Shown: positions 48,698 through 59,834, counted from the stretch's first letter. The stretch: 64,000 bases of DNA from Bacteroidota bacterium (GCA_005799065.1 SYHW01000038.1:6431-70430), one strand, 5' to 3'. Notes: generated from the sequence alone by a model not told the origin. Numbers and translations are program-made.

Positions 48698-49534
48698 TTA
48701 AAATAAAAGTCTCAAAATCTGGGCAATGGTCTTGCGAAGATCCTTGCGGTCGACGATTCGGTCGAGAAATCCATGCTCGAGCAGGAATTCGGATGTTTGG
48801 AAGCCCTTGGGGAGATCCTTACCGATGGTTTCTTTGATTACCCGTGGTCCCGCGAAGCCGATTAACGCCCCGGGCTCTGCTAGATTGAAATCGCCCAACA
48901 TGGCAAAAGAGGCGGTAACACCACCAGTGGTGGGATCGGTCATGAGCGATAAATAGGGAACACCAGCATCGGCCAACAACGCCAACCGGGCCGATGTCTT
49001 GGCCAGCTGCATCAGAGAAAAGGCAGCCTCCATCATGCGCGCACCCCCCGATTTGGAAATAATGAGCAGCGGGGTCTTGGTTTGGGCTGCATAATCGGCT
49101 GCTCGTGCAATTTTTTCACCCATCACCGAGCCCATCGAGCCTCCGATAAAATCAAAATCCATACAAGTTACGACCAAATCTACCCCCTCAACCGTACCAA
49201 CAGCGGTTCGAATCGCATCATTAAGGCCGCTTTTGGCCCTTGCCGCCTGCACACGATCCAGGTAGGGTTTGGTATCCACAAAGCCCAAAGGATCGGCCGA
49301 TACCAACTCCGAATCACGCTCCGTGAATTTCTGTCGATCAAAAAGTATTTCAAAATACTCTTTAGAACCAATTCGCAAATGATAATTGCATTTAGAACAG
49401 ACATACTGGTTGTCTTTTAATTCGCTCGTCAGCAATGCAGCTTTACAAGACGGACACTTGTGCCACAAACCTTCGGGAACCTCCAGTTTGGGCTGATTGC
49501 TTACACCAGTGGTGGATCTTCTAAACCAGGCCAT
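48698..49534 (-). CDS. accD: Acetyl-CoA carboxylase carboxyltransferase subunit beta
   Basis: Zn ribbon CPSC...CSKC, FIGGSMG and SGGARMQE-like SGGARMMEA. Confidence 0.95.
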   Translation of the reverse strand: MAWFRRSTTGVSNQPKLEVPEGLWHKCPSCKAALLTSELKDNQYVCSKCNYHLRIGSKEYFEILFDRQKFTERDSELVSADPLGFVDTKPYLDRVQAARAKSGLNDAIRTAVGTVEGVDLVVTCMDFDFIGGSMGSVMGEKIARAADYAAQTKTPLLIISKSGGARMMEAAFSLMQLAKTSARLALLADAGVPYLSLMTDPTTGGVTASFAMLGDFNLAEPGALIGFAGPRVIKETIGKDLPKGFQTSEFLLEHGFLDRIVDRKDLRKTIAQILRLLF

Positions 49535-49543
49535 TCAACGAAA

Positions 49544-50602
49544 CTAAGCCAAGCTAATATCAGAATCGAGGTAAACGTCTTGCACGGCATTCAGCAGCGC
49601 AACTCCCTCTTTCATTGGCTTCTGAAAAGCTTTCCTGCCTAAAATTAATCCCGTACCACCAGCACGTTTATTCACCACCGCCGTCACAACGGCTTCTTGC
49701 ACGTCACTTGCGCCTTTCGATTCCCCTCCAGAATTGATTAACCCCGCTCTACCCATATAGCAGTTGGCCACCTGATACCTGCAAAGGTCAATAGGATGCG
49801 CACTGCTGAGCTGATCATACACTTTTGCGTGGGTTTTCCCGTGTTTGGTGGCGAGGTATCCTCCATTATTCACCGGCAATTTTTGCTTGATGATATCTGC
49901 CTGAATGGTCACCCCCAAATGATTTGCCTGTCCGGTGAGGTCGGCGGATGCGTGGTAGTCTACCCCATCAAGCTTGAAACCCGAATTTCGGGTATAGCAC
50001 CACAATATAGTAGCCATTCCTAATTGGTGGGCATGCTCGAATGCCTTTGCGATCTCCACGATTTGCCGACCCGACTCTTCAGAGCCGAAGTAAATGGTAG
50101 CACCTACTGCCACAGCCCCCATGTTCCATGCATCCTGAACCGTACCAAAGAGAATCTGGTCATAACGATTGGGATAGCTTAAAAACTCATTGTGGTTTAT
50201 TTTCACCACAAAAGGTATTTTATGTGCATAACGTCGGGCCACAGACGACAATACGCCGTATGTGGAAGCTACGGCATTACAGCCGCCTTCAATGGCTAAT
50301 TCGACGATATTGGCAGGGTCGAAATAAACGGGGTTGGGTGCAAAGGAGGCACCGGCTGAATGCTCGATGCCCTGATCGACTGGCAGAATGCTCAAAAATC
50401 CACTGCCTCCAAGCCTCCCATGGTTGTACAGTGTCTGTAAACTTCTTAATGTTGGGATAGTGCGGTTGGAATCGGACCAAACCCGGTCGATAAAATCAGG
50501 GCCAGGCACATGAAGCTGTGCTGCAGGAATGGTTTGACATCGGTGATCCAACAAAAAAGCAGCTTGGTCGCCTAATAGATTTAGAATATGGGATTGACTC
50601 AT
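49544..50602 (-). CDS. fbaB: Class I fructose-bisphosphate aldolase (FbaB/DhnA type)
   Basis: Near-collinear similarity, from memory, to E. coli FbaB. Shared segments include [55 protein letters not shown] and VQDVYLDS. Confidence 0.92.
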   Translation of the reverse strand: MSQSHILNLLGDQAAFLLDHRCQTIPAAQLHVPGPDFIDRVWSDSNRTIPTLRSLQTLYNHGRLGGSGFLSILPVDQGIEHSAGASFAPNPVYFDPANIVELAIEGGCNAVASTYGVLSSVARRYAHKIPFVVKINHNEFLSYPNRYDQILFGTVQDAWNMGAVAVGATIYFGSEESGRQIVEIAKAFEHAHQLGMATILWCYTRNSGFKLDGVDYHASADLTGQANHLGVTIQADIIKQKLPVNNGGYLATKHGKTHAKVYDQLSSAHPIDLCRYQVANCYMGRAGLINSGGESKGASDVQEAVVTAVVNKRAGGTGLILGRKAFQKPMKEGVALLNAVQDVYLDSDISLA

Positions 50603-50651
50603 AAAAAATAGAATAAACTAAAATGCAAAAATACGAAATTGTGGGCACAAT

Positions 50652-51101
50652 ATGAAGGCAACACCCAACGAAGGATCAACAGAATTGCAGGTCAGAGCGG
50701 CCCTGGCTGATGATTTACCCACTGTTTTTGACATCCGAAAACAGGTTTTTGTACTGGAACAAGACGTTCATCCCGATGAGGAGTATGATGTTTTTGAAAC
50801 ATCAGCTGTCCATCTCATTGCGCTTTGGCATGAACAAGCTGTTGGCACCGCTCGTTATAGATCAACCGAAAAAGGCTGGAAAATTGAACGTATGGCCGTT
50901 TTGGCTCAGTTCCGGAAACGGGGTGTTGGCCGCGCACTGCTGGGCGAGGTACTTGAGCGTCTGCCCAAAGATGGCAGAGTGATTTATTTACACGCGCAGG
51001 AACACGCCCTGAGCTTTTATGAGTCCTGTGGTTTTATCCCCAAAGGCGATCGATTCTTCGAAGCCAATATCCCCCATTTTTTATGTGAATTCAGGGGCTA
51101 A
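50652..51101 (+). CDS. GNAT-family N-acetyltransferase
   Basis: VLAQFRKRGVGRALL acetyl-CoA binding motif. Length is 149 aa. Confidence 0.8.
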   Translation: MKATPNEGSTELQVRAALADDLPTVFDIRKQVFVLEQDVHPDEEYDVFETSAVHLIALWHEQAVGTARYRSTEKGWKIERMAVLAQFRKRGVGRALLGEVLERLPKDGRVIYLHAQEHALSFYESCGFIPKGDRFFEANIPHFLCEFRG

Positions 51102-51168
51102 ACCCCTGCTTCCGTATATAGTCGTTTAACATACGGCTACTGCCCTTCGACTGTTCGAACTTTGTCAT

Positions 51169-53238
51169 ATGGTTCGTCCGGTCTTTTTTTCTTGGGCTGA
51201 AGTCCCTTTTTTCCGCGTACTTCTGTGGATGGGTCTTGCCCTTACTCTTCCACCGGCGTCCATAGAAAAAGACTCATGTTGGATGTGGGCAATTCCCCTT
51301 TTTGCTGCTATTCATTTTGGGTTGATGCGCATATTAAAAGGGCGTTTTACATTGCGTTGGTTTACTGGACTATCAACCGGACTGGGCATACTATGGCTCG
51401 CTTGGCTCAACCTCAGTCTGCATTTCTGGTCATACCAGGCCCGTCTTCCCGTTGAATGCGTTGTTCCAGTTTGTTTATTACAGGTTGATGGCATAGCCGA
51501 CACAAGTCAACATAGAATAAGGGTTTTTTGCCGCTGGATGGGCTCTGATCGATCCGATACCATTAATCGATACAAATCACGGATTCGACTAGAAACCGAC
51601 ACGGCTTGGAGGGCACCACCTCCGGGGACTTTCATTGTCGTTCGAAACGCACAGTTGCGTCGTTTCCACAATTTGCGCAACCCCCATGCATTTGACTCTG
51701 AAGGGTACGCACGAAACAAGGGGCTTGTTGGTCGACTCAAAACCAATTCTGATGACATCAAAATCGCGCATTTCAAACCTCTGCTGCGCATCAGTCTACG
51801 CCATAGGGCCCAGAGGCTCAGCATTCACGTTTGTAGGGCAATATCGACATACCTCCCTAAGCGTGAGGCGGCCTTGGCATGCGCGATCCTCTTAGGTGAG
51901 CGTCAAGGAATGAATGACGATTTGGAACAAGCGTTTTCGGGGAGCGGACTCATTCATCTGATGGCGGTTTCGGGAATGCATGTTGGAATCTTCTATTTGA
52001 TGTGCTCATGGTTCATGTTCACTTTTTTGAGATTGCCGAAAAAGACTTCGACATTGGGCATCCTGTTGATGTTGTGGGCCTATGCCCTGCTTACCGGACT
52101 ATCCCCTTCAGTTGTTCGTGCATCGGGTATGTTTAGCCTGGCCGCCGCAGGTAAACTGTGGAGCAGACACGCATCTTCGTATAATCTGATGTCGGCTTCG
52201 GCATGGATCCAAGTCTGGTTTGACCCACTTCTGCCTACTCAACCCGGCTTTCTGCTGTCCTATGCAGCCGTTTTCGGCATTCTTTTTCTTCATCCCCGTT
52301 TGTTTTCCTTATGCTGGTTAAAAAATAAATGGCTTGATAAGGCCTGGGAGCTCTCTTCGTTGTCGATTTCTGCCCAATGGTTTACCCTCCCTTTGGTTTT
52401 ATTTTTCTTCCACAAATTCCCCGTCTATTTTCTCCCAGCCAATCTAATGGTGGTGCCCCTATCTGCCCCCGCATTGATTGGCACATTGTTGCTCGCACTG
52501 CTGAGTGCTGTACCGCCTTTGGCGAAAATATTCGCCTATCTTTTGTCTGCTTTACTCTATTGTATCAATGAAATCACCATATGGATTGCCGCGTTACCCC
52601 ATGCGCAGAGCACGGGATGGTATTGGACGAAAATAGATTTATTCATGGCACTGGCCCTGATTGTATTGATTCCCTTAGGCTGGCTCATCCATATAAAATG
52701 GGCCCGCCAGGCCACCTGGTCTGTTGCCATTGCGTGGTATGTGGTTGGCATGGTGCAACTGATGAAGTTGAGCAGCAGTAATGCCTTTTATGTGTTTGAA
52801 GGCTATGGGCAAGGTTCGGCAGCGGTAAGGGAGGGTCGACAAGGATGGGTTTGGCGACATAGTGAAGATTCGATCGTGTTTGGTTCCAACGATCCTTTGA
52901 GCCATGATGGGGTTCAGCACCCTACAACCATCAACCATAAGGGTGTGGTATGGATCCGCTGGAAAGACAAAACAGCCCTATGGGTATCGCAATGGGATGA
53001 GGATCGACTGACCGAGATGCCCATCGCGGATGTCTTGATCTTAGAATCTAAATGGAAAAAAGAGACCATTCTCAGACTGGCCGACAATTATCCGACGCTC
53101 ATCTTAGGATCGGTTTATAAGCCGTATTTTTGCAGCAAACTTAGAGTCCTTATTCGGCGTACACAGGCCACATGCCATTGCGTCTCTGAAGAAGGAGCCA
53201 TCAACCTATGGAATATCAATACATCCAAGCCCAGATAG
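51169..53238 (+). CDS. comEC: ComEC/Rec2-family competence (DNA internalisation) membrane protein
   Basis: Polytopic protein with the competence-domain signature FSGSGLIHLMAVSGMHVG. The C-terminal region has only a remnant of the MBL fold (EGYGQGSAAV), and no HxHxDH is seen. Confidence 0.85.
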   Translation: MVRPVFFSWAEVPFFRVLLWMGLALTLPPASIEKDSCWMWAIPLFAAIHFGLMRILKGRFTLRWFTGLSTGLGILWLAWLNLSLHFWSYQARLPVECVVPVCLLQVDGIADTSQHRIRVFCRWMGSDRSDTINRYKSRIRLETDTAWRAPPPGTFIVVRNAQLRRFHNLRNPHAFDSEGYARNKGLVGRLKTNSDDIKIAHFKPLLRISLRHRAQRLSIHVCRAISTYLPKREAALACAILLGERQGMNDDLEQAFSGSGLIHLMAVSGMHVGIFYLMCSWFMFTFLRLPKKTSTLGILLMLWAYALLTGLSPSVVRASGMFSLAAAGKLWSRHASSYNLMSASAWIQVWFDPLLPTQPGFLLSYAAVFGILFLHPRLFSLCWLKNKWLDKAWELSSLSISAQWFTLPLVLFFFHKFPVYFLPANLMVVPLSAPALIGTLLLALLSAVPPLAKIFAYLLSALLYCINEITIWIAALPHAQSTGWYWTKIDLFMALALIVLIPLGWLIHIKWARQATWSVAIAWYVVGMVQLMKLSSSNAFYVFEGYGQGSAAVREGRQGWVWRHSEDSIVFGSNDPLSHDGVQHPTTINHKGVVWIRWKDKTALWVSQWDEDRLTEMPIADVLILESKWKKETILRLADNYPTLILGSVYKPYFCSKLRVLIRRTQATCHCVSEEGAINLWNINTSKPR

Positions 53239-53996
53239 AGGAAGGAATAGGGCAAATCGTCTTAAATCGACCCGAAAAGAGAAATGCCTTTAATGACCGT
53301 TTGGTTGCTGAATTGAAATCGGCATTGCGAAGTTTTTTTGAAGATTCAAGTTGTCGAATCATTGTGTTCTCCGGACAGGGCCCGGCTTTTAGTGCAGGTG
53401 CAGACCTTTCCTATTTGCAATCGCTCCAAAACAACTCACTAGAAGAAAATTTGGCCGATTCCAGAGCCCTGATGGAACTGTATCAATTGATGTATGATAG
53501 CCCTAAAGTGCTCATTGCCCAGGTGGAGGGCCCCGCTTTGGCCGGGGGATGCGGATTGGCAACACTGTGTGATTTTTGTTTTGCGGTTCCTTCGGCAACA
53601 TTTGGATACACTGAGGTACGCATTGGTTTTATTCCTGCGCTGGTTTCCGTTTTCTTAGTCAGAAAAATTGGTGAATCGCGGGCGCGGGAATTGCTGCTGA
53701 GTGGCGATATTCTTGAGGCCAGAGAAGCGCTGCGGTATGGCCTGATCAGTTTTGTGGTGGCGGCAGATGAAATTGCGTCTACTGTAGATTCCTTTGCACG
53801 AAATATTGCTAAGCGATGTGCCCCAGGTAGTTTGGCTGCAACTAGGAAGTTACTCGCAGAGGTTCAGGATTTGTCACTCCATGAAGCGCTCGAACGGGCC
53901 GCATTGCGCAATGCCGAAATTAGATCATCAGTAGAGTGCCGCCAGGGAATTAACTTGTTTTTGAATAAAGAGCCGATTGTTTGGTGGCCTTCGTAA
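53208..53996 (+). CDS. Enoyl-CoA hydratase/isomerase family protein
   Basis: LNRPEKRNAF, FSAGADLS and GPALAGGCGLA. Overlaps the comEC 3' end by 31 nt. Confidence 0.88.
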   Translation: MEYQYIQAQIEEGIGQIVLNRPEKRNAFNDRLVAELKSALRSFFEDSSCRIIVFSGQGPAFSAGADLSYLQSLQNNSLEENLADSRALMELYQLMYDSPKVLIAQVEGPALAGGCGLATLCDFCFAVPSATFGYTEVRIGFIPALVSVFLVRKIGESRARELLLSGDILEAREALRYGLISFVVAADEIASTVDSFARNIAKRCAPGSLAATRKLLAEVQDLSLHEALERAALRNAEIRSSVECRQGINLFLNKEPIVWWPS

Positions 53997-54052
53997 TCCT
54001 TACAAAGGCGACCCAGCCCTTATGTTTTAGAGAAGTGCAAACAGAAAAGCGG

Positions 54053-54060
54053 TACCTTTG
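54053..54060 (+). promoter_or_regulatory. Candidate -7 box (TACCTTTG) for the suf operon
   Basis: Matches TAnnTTTG 51 nt upstream of the sufB ATG. No clear -33 TTG is present. Confidence 0.3.
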
Positions 54061-54110
54061 TTACTCATATTAGATTTTATTAACGGCAATAGGCTTAACC
54101 CATCAAATTC

Positions 54111-55559
54111 ATGGCCCAATCAGAACAGGAGCTTCTGGAACAACTGAGTGAACGAGATTATCCACACGGATTTGAAAGCAATATTGAACAGGAGATTATC
54201 CCAAAGGGGCTGACTGAGGATACCATTCGGTTTATCTCACAGCGAAAGAATGAACCTGATTGGTTGCTGCAATGGAGATTAAAAGCCTACAAACATTGGC
54301 TGGGTTTAAAAGAACCCAATTGGCAGAAATTGACCTATCCCGCCATCGACTACCAAGACATTAGCTATTTCGCAGCACCAAAGGCTGCGCCGGTATTGAA
54401 TAGTCTCGATGAACTAGACCCAGAGATTAAATCGACCTATGACCGATTGGGCATACCTCTTGAGGAACAAATGATGCTGGCAGGCGTGGCGGTTGATGCT
54501 GTTTTGGATTCTGTTTCGGTGGTCACCACCTTCAAGGAAAAACTGGCCGAGAAGGGTGTGCTGTTTTGTTCCATCAGTGAGGCTGTTCACCTGTATCCTG
54601 AATTGGTTCGTGCCTACCTCGGAACTGTGGTCCCTTTTACCGACAACTTTTTCTCGGCCTTGAACAGCGCTGTTTTTACTGACGGTTCCTTCGTGTTCAT
54701 ACCGCCTGGTGTTCGTTGCCCGATGGAATTAAGCACCTATTTTCGAATCAACGCACGTGGAACGGGACAGTTTGAGCGGACCTTGATTGTGGCGTCTGAA
54801 GATAGTTATGTAAGCTATTTAGAGGGCTGTACGGCTCCTAAGCGCGACGAGAACCAACTGCACGCTGCAGTCGTTGAACTGGTGGCGCTGGATCGTGGTG
54901 AGATTAAATATTCCACTGTGCAAAATTGGTACCCGGGCGATAAGGATGGCAAAGGAGGTATTTATAACTTTGTTACAAAAAGAGGTTTATGTAAAGGAAC
55001 TTCAAGTAAAATTTCATGGACTCAAGTGGAGACGGGCTCGGCAATTACCTGGAAGTATCCGAGCGTGGTTCTGCAGGGCGATGATAGTCGCGGCGAGTTT
55101 TATTCAGTAGCCATGACTACCCATTTGCAACAGGCCGATACCGGAACCAAGATGTTCCACATTGGGAAGAATACGCAAAGCAGAATTGTGAGCAAAGGCA
55201 TCAGCGCTGGACGCAGCCAGAATAGCTACAGAGGTCTAGTCAAAATCCGAAAGTCAGCGCATAAAGCACGGAATTATTCCCAATGCGATTCACTGCTTAT
55301 GGGCAATCGTTGCGGCGCACATACCTTTCCTTATTTCGAAATCCATCAACCTTCAGCCATTGTTGAACATGAAGCGACAACCTCCAAAATTGCTGAGGAC
55401 ATTCTCTTCTACTGCACACAGCGGGGCTTAAGCCGCGAATCGGCCATAGCCATGATTGTGAATGGCTATGCGCGTGAAGTTCTGGATCACCTTCCAATGG
55501 AATTCGCTGTGGAAGCCCGTAAGTTGCTGGCTATTTCACTAGAGGGTTCAGTAGGTTAG
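54111..55559 (+). CDS. sufB: Fe-S cluster assembly protein SufB
   Basis: 482 aa with YSTVQNWY, the C-terminal [12 protein letters not shown]...RG motif, and its position before sufC. Confidence 0.96.
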   Translation: MAQSEQELLEQLSERDYPHGFESNIEQEIIPKGLTEDTIRFISQRKNEPDWLLQWRLKAYKHWLGLKEPNWQKLTYPAIDYQDISYFAAPKAAPVLNSLDELDPEIKSTYDRLGIPLEEQMMLAGVAVDAVLDSVSVVTTFKEKLAEKGVLFCSISEAVHLYPELVRAYLGTVVPFTDNFFSALNSAVFTDGSFVFIPPGVRCPMELSTYFRINARGTGQFERTLIVASEDSYVSYLEGCTAPKRDENQLHAAVVELVALDRGEIKYSTVQNWYPGDKDGKGGIYNFVTKRGLCKGTSSKISWTQVETGSAITWKYPSVVLQGDDSRGEFYSVAMTTHLQQADTGTKMFHIGKNTQSRIVSKGISAGRSQNSYRGLVKIRKSAHKARNYSQCDSLLMGNRCGAHTFPYFEIHQPSAIVEHEATTSKIAEDILFYCTQRGLSRESAIAMIVNGYAREVLDHLPMEFAVEARKLLAISLEGSVG

Positions 55560-55632
55560 TGTAATGACCTTAAATTCATCATGTTAAATCATTTTTATCA
55601 TCACCTAAATAGAAAATCGAGCGCGAACGAAT

Positions 55633-56391
55633 ATGCTTTTGGAAATTGAAAACCTTAAAGCCTCAGTTGAAGGCAAAGAAATCCTGAAGGGGATTAATCT
55701 CAGTATCCCTGCGGGCGAGGTGCATGCGATTATGGGGCCCAATGGTTCAGGAAAGTCAACACTTTCTTCGATTATCGCAGGGAAAGATGGCTACGAAATC
55801 TCGGGCAGCATCCGATTTGATGGTGTAGAAATTATGGATTGGGAGCCTGAAATTCGGTCAAGAGCAGGGATTTTTCTGGCCTTTCAATATCCTGTTGAAC
55901 TTCCTGGTGTAGGACTTAGTTCGTTTTTAAGGGCTTGTGTGAATGAAAGCAGGAAGCATCGGGGAGAACCGGAGCTGGATGCGTCTGCATTTTTAGCCCT
56001 AATGCGGGAGAAGGCCGCCCTTGTTGAACTCAGCCAAGAACTCATCCGCAGGCCCGTCAATCAGGGGTTTTCAGGTGGCGAGAAAAAAAGAAATGAGATT
56101 TTTCAAATGGCAATGCTCGATCCAAAAATGGCCATTTTGGATGAAACAGATTCAGGCCTCGATATAGACGCTTTGCGGATCGTGGCTGAAGGTGTCAACA
56201 AACTCAGACATGCACAGCGGTCTATGTTGGTGATTACCCATTATCAACGACTTTTGGAGTATATAATACCGGACCGGGTCCATGTTCTTATAGATGGCGC
56301 GATCGTGATGAGCGGCGACCGCAACCTGGCATTGACGCTGGAGGAAAAAGGCTACGATTGGATACGGGCAGGACAGGAGGTTTCGTCGTGA
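55633..56391 (+). CDS. sufC: Fe-S cluster assembly ATPase SufC
   Basis: GPNGSGKST, the ABC signature FSGGEKKR and ILDETDSGLD. Confidence 0.96.
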   Translation: MLLEIENLKASVEGKEILKGINLSIPAGEVHAIMGPNGSGKSTLSSIIAGKDGYEISGSIRFDGVEIMDWEPEIRSRAGIFLAFQYPVELPGVGLSSFLRACVNESRKHRGEPELDASAFLALMREKAALVELSQELIRRPVNQGFSGGEKKRNEIFQMAMLDPKMAILDETDSGLDIDALRIVAEGVNKLRHAQRSMLVITHYQRLLEYIIPDRVHVLIDGAIVMSGDRNLALTLEEKGYDWIRAGQEVSS

Positions 56392-57680
56392 CCACCAGTC
56401 CCGAATTGATGCCCAATAGGCCGCACGCGGTTCAGCCTGTTGATAAACTACGGAAGCTAGTACCACCCAATTTCCGTGATGAAGATTGGAAATATACTCA
56501 ATTTCCCCACTTTCAACAGTATAAAATCCAGCCGCCTTCCGTGCCTGGCCTCAGCAAAGGCATCCCGTCGTCGAATTTGCCTATTCCATCAATAAACGAG
56601 GCCTGGGTTGTGGTGGTGAAGAATGGAATGATTCAACCGCATCTCAGCCATCTCCCCGAGCCCTCATCCGGGATCAGCGTCTGCAGTCTTCCGGGGACCC
56701 ATTTTGGGCCTTCGGTGGAAAGTGAATTCGGTAGAGGTGCCATCGCGCTGAAACACGGTCACTATTTTAGTCAGTGGGCCTTGGAACAGAATGCTGTTGG
56801 CGTCCTCATTGAGGTGAAAAAAAATGTAGTGGCCCAAAAGCATCTAATGATCCACACGATCAACGATATACCTGAATCGAAAAGCGTCCTGCCATGCCAT
56901 CATGTCATTAAGTTGGGGCCCAACGCTTCCCTCACCTTTTCAGAGGTTATGGAAGGCATAGGTGCGGGCATGTCCCTTTCGCTGCATGAGATTCACTTAG
57001 GAGTGGGCTCTAGCCTCAAACACAATCAACTTCAATTGTGGGGCAATACCCATGAGTGTATACAACAGGTTTTGGTTAACCAAGAAAAAGAAAGCCAATA
57101 CGCTCACTTTGCCTACTGCGCAGGCGGAGGAAAGGTTCGAAATCAATTGACGGTTTCGCAAGAAGGTCCACTCGCCCATACAGAACTCACGGGTCTTGTG
57201 CTACCGGGGGCCGGGGAACACATCGATAACCAGACGCTGATGCGGCACTGCACTCCGAACTGCAGCAGCCGTCAGCGCTACCGCGCTTTGGTCGGCCATA
57301 ACGGCACTTCCGTATTCAATGGCAAAGTATTCGTTGATCCTGAAGCCCAGAAAACCGATGCTTACCAACATCATGCGAGCCTCCTGATGCATGAATCCGC
57401 CGTTTCCAACGCCAAGCCCGAATTGGAGATCTACGCCGATGATGTGAAATGCTCACACGGAGCCACAACGGGCATGTTGGATGCAGGAGAGATTCACTAC
57501 ATGCGGACGCGTGGATTATCAGAGATCCAGGCACGGATGATGCTTCAGGATGCATTTGTGCGCGATTTACTGGACTCATTACCGGTTGAAATCCTTCGCT
57601 CCTGGTGCCTCAACCATTGTGTGGACCGACTCCATGCGTTGAATCAATCGACCGTTAATCAACCGAATAATCCACTTTAA
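56388..57680 (+). CDS. sufD: Fe-S cluster assembly protein SufD
   Basis: SufBD beta-helix C-terminus (VKCSHGATTG, the MRTRG motif). The GTG at 56388 overlaps the sufC TGA as GTGA. Confidence 0.9.
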   Translation: MTTSPELMPNRPHAVQPVDKLRKLVPPNFRDEDWKYTQFPHFQQYKIQPPSVPGLSKGIPSSNLPIPSINEAWVVVVKNGMIQPHLSHLPEPSSGISVCSLPGTHFGPSVESEFGRGAIALKHGHYFSQWALEQNAVGVLIEVKKNVVAQKHLMIHTINDIPESKSVLPCHHVIKLGPNASLTFSEVMEGIGAGMSLSLHEIHLGVGSSLKHNQLQLWGNTHECIQQVLVNQEKESQYAHFAYCAGGGKVRNQLTVSQEGPLAHTELTGLVLPGAGEHIDNQTLMRHCTPNCSSRQRYRALVGHNGTSVFNGKVFVDPEAQKTDAYQHHASLLMHESAVSNAKPELEIYADDVKCSHGATTGMLDAGEIHYMRTRGLSEIQARMMLQDAFVRDLLDSLPVEILRSWCLNHCVDRLHALNQSTVNQPNNPL

Positions 57681-57731
57681 TCAACCGAATAATCCACTTT
57701 AATCAACCGAATAATCCACTTTAATCAACCG
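57655..57731. repeat. Perfect 22-bp tandem repeat, 3.5 copies, beginning inside the last sufD codons and stop
   Basis: ttaatcaaccgaataatccact at 57655, 57677 and 57699, plus a partial copy at 57721-57731. The first copy encodes ...NQPNNPL-stop. Confidence 0.92.
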
Positions 57732-57762
57732 CACCCGTGCACCATTCGATGCACTTATCTTT

Positions 57763-59034
57763 ATGAATCAGTCAGAACCAACAGAATGTAAAGCACCCCA
57801 AGAACCTGACTGGAAGGCTATTCGAATGGAATTCCCTGCCCTTCATCAACAGGTAAATGACTCGCCATTGGTCTATTTCGATCACGCAGCGACAGCCCAA
57901 AAGCCTCGAAAGGTGATCGACGCTATGACCCGCTACTATGAGTTGGACAACGCCAATGTTCACCGTGGGGTTCATCATTTGAGCCAACGCGCAACACGAG
58001 CGTATGAGGAAGCACGCATGAAAACTGTTCGCTTCATTGGCGCCGAAAACCCTTCAGAAGTCATCTTCACGTCCGGAACCACAGCCTCCATTAATTTGGT
58101 AGCCCAATCTTGGGGAAGTGCCCATTTAAAAGCAGGCGACGAAGTGTTGGTGACCGGACTTGAACACCACGCCAACTTGGTGCCATGGCAAATGATTTGC
58201 ACACGAACGGGGGCCCACTTAAAAATTGTGCCTGTTAACGATCTCGGTGAAGTTTCGACCGAATCCGTTGCCCAAATGCTCCATTCAAAAACCCGAATCT
58301 TTGCCTTTAGCTGGATCAGTAACGCGCTGGGAACCATCAATCCTGCACATGAATGGGTGCGATTGGCGCATGAAAAGGGCATTACCACGCTTATCGATGC
58401 GGCACAGGTTGTCGCACACCATCCGATTGATGTTCATGGTCTAGGTGTCGACTTTTTGTGCTTCTCCGCCCATAAAATGATGGGACCTACTGGGGTCGGG
58501 GTCCTCTACGGCAAAAAATCCATTCTAGAAACCTTGGAACCCATGGTGGGCGGTGGGGATATGATCGATGAGGTGACTTATGAAAAAAGCACCTGGGCCG
58601 AACTCCCCTACCGCTTGGAAGCGGGCACTCCCAATATTGCCGGGGTTATCGGACTGTCGGCTGCCATCGACTTTTTGGAATCGATCGGTTGGTCGTATAT
58701 CGAGCGCCGTGAGTCCGAATTGCTGCAGTACGCATTACTGAAACTAGGCAGCATTCCACAGATTCGCTTCATTGGCCAGCCGAACAATCGAGCTGGGGTC
58801 ATTTCATTCGTGGTCGATGGTGTTCATCCTTATGACCTCGGCACCCTTCTCGACGAGCAAGGCATCGCCCTGCGCACAGGCCACCATTGCGCTCAGCCAC
58901 TGATGCGTCATTTTGGTATTTCTGGGACGTGCAGGGTATCACTGGCACTGTACAACACTTTTGAAGAAATAGACCAATTGGAAAAGGCGTTGATACGTGC
59001 TTTGCGATTGATGGGAAAAGTCCAAGCTCAATAA
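57763..59034 (+). CDS. sufS: Cysteine desulfurase SufS (group II)
   Basis: FSAHKMMGPTGVGVLYG (PLP Lys) and RTGHHCAQP (catalytic Cys loop). Confidence 0.95.
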   Translation: MNQSEPTECKAPQEPDWKAIRMEFPALHQQVNDSPLVYFDHAATAQKPRKVIDAMTRYYELDNANVHRGVHHLSQRATRAYEEARMKTVRFIGAENPSEVIFTSGTTASINLVAQSWGSAHLKAGDEVLVTGLEHHANLVPWQMICTRTGAHLKIVPVNDLGEVSTESVAQMLHSKTRIFAFSWISNALGTINPAHEWVRLAHEKGITTLIDAAQVVAHHPIDVHGLGVDFLCFSAHKMMGPTGVGVLYGKKSILETLEPMVGGGDMIDEVTYEKSTWAELPYRLEAGTPNIAGVIGLSAAIDFLESIGWSYIERRESELLQYALLKLGSIPQIRFIGQPNNRAGVISFVVDGVHPYDLGTLLDEQGIALRTGHHCAQPLMRHFGISGTCRVSLALYNTFEEIDQLEKALIRALRLMGKVQAQ

Positions 59035-59058
59035 ACCTGAAATTCCCTTGAACCCGAT

Positions 59059-59502
59059 ATGAGTAATCTACCCAGTACGATGAAGTCCATTCAGGATCAA
59101 TTGGCGGCCGATTTTGAATACCTCGACGATTGGGAGGAACGCTACGCCTATTTAATGGACCTGGGCAAGGATGTTCAGGGGCTGCCTCTGGAAGAGAAAA
59201 CGACGGATAACCTGATTAAAGGATGCCAAAGTCGTGTTTGGCTGACCACGCGCTGCGAAAACAACCGAATGTGGATGTCGGCTGATTCTGAGGCCTTTAT
59301 TGCGAAAGGCATTATCGCCTTGTTAATCAAAGTTTTCAACGGACAAACACCCGCAGACATTCTGAATGAGACCTTTGATTTACCGGATCGAATCGGGCTC
59401 ACCGCGCATTTGTCGCCCGGTAGAGCCAATGGATTAGCCGGTATGCTTGCGCGCATCCGACATGATGCTTCCCTGGCATTGGCCACACCAAACAATAATT
59501 GA
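59059..59502 (+). CDS. sufE: Sulfur acceptor SufE
   Basis: The GCQSRVW motif with the persulfide-acceptor Cys. Length is 147 aa. Confidence 0.9.
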   Translation: MSNLPSTMKSIQDQLAADFEYLDDWEERYAYLMDLGKDVQGLPLEEKTTDNLIKGCQSRVWLTTRCENNRMWMSADSEAFIAKGIIALLIKVFNGQTPADILNETFDLPDRIGLTAHLSPGRANGLAGMLARIRHDASLALATPNNN

Positions 59503-59829
59503 ATGACACCAGCCGATAAATCATTTGTGGAACTGCAGCAGGATGTTATTGCCGTTCTTAAGACTATTTATGATCCTGAGATTCCGGTCGATATTTATGA
59601 ATTGGGTCTGATCTACGAGGTCAAGGTGGGTCATGAAGGAAAAGTTGATGTTTTAATGACCCTCACCTCCCCTGCCTGCCCGGTCGCGGGCACCCTCCCG
59701 GGCGAGGTTGAATCGAAGATTCGAGGTATTGCTGGTGTCCGTGAGGCCGTTGTTACCCTTACTTTCGAACCCGCCTGGTCTCAAAACCTCATGAGTGAAG
59801 AGGCGCGACTGGAACTGGGATTTTTGTAG
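59503..59829 (+). CDS. SUF-system Fe-S assembly protein, DUF59/SufT-like
   Basis: IYDPEIPVDIYELGLIY...TLTSPACP. The start abuts the sufE stop. Confidence 0.88.
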   Translation: MTPADKSFVELQQDVIAVLKTIYDPEIPVDIYELGLIYEVKVGHEGKVDVLMTLTSPACPVAGTLPGEVESKIRGIAGVREAVVTLTFEPAWSQNLMSEEARLELGFL

Positions 59830-59834
59830 GCATT

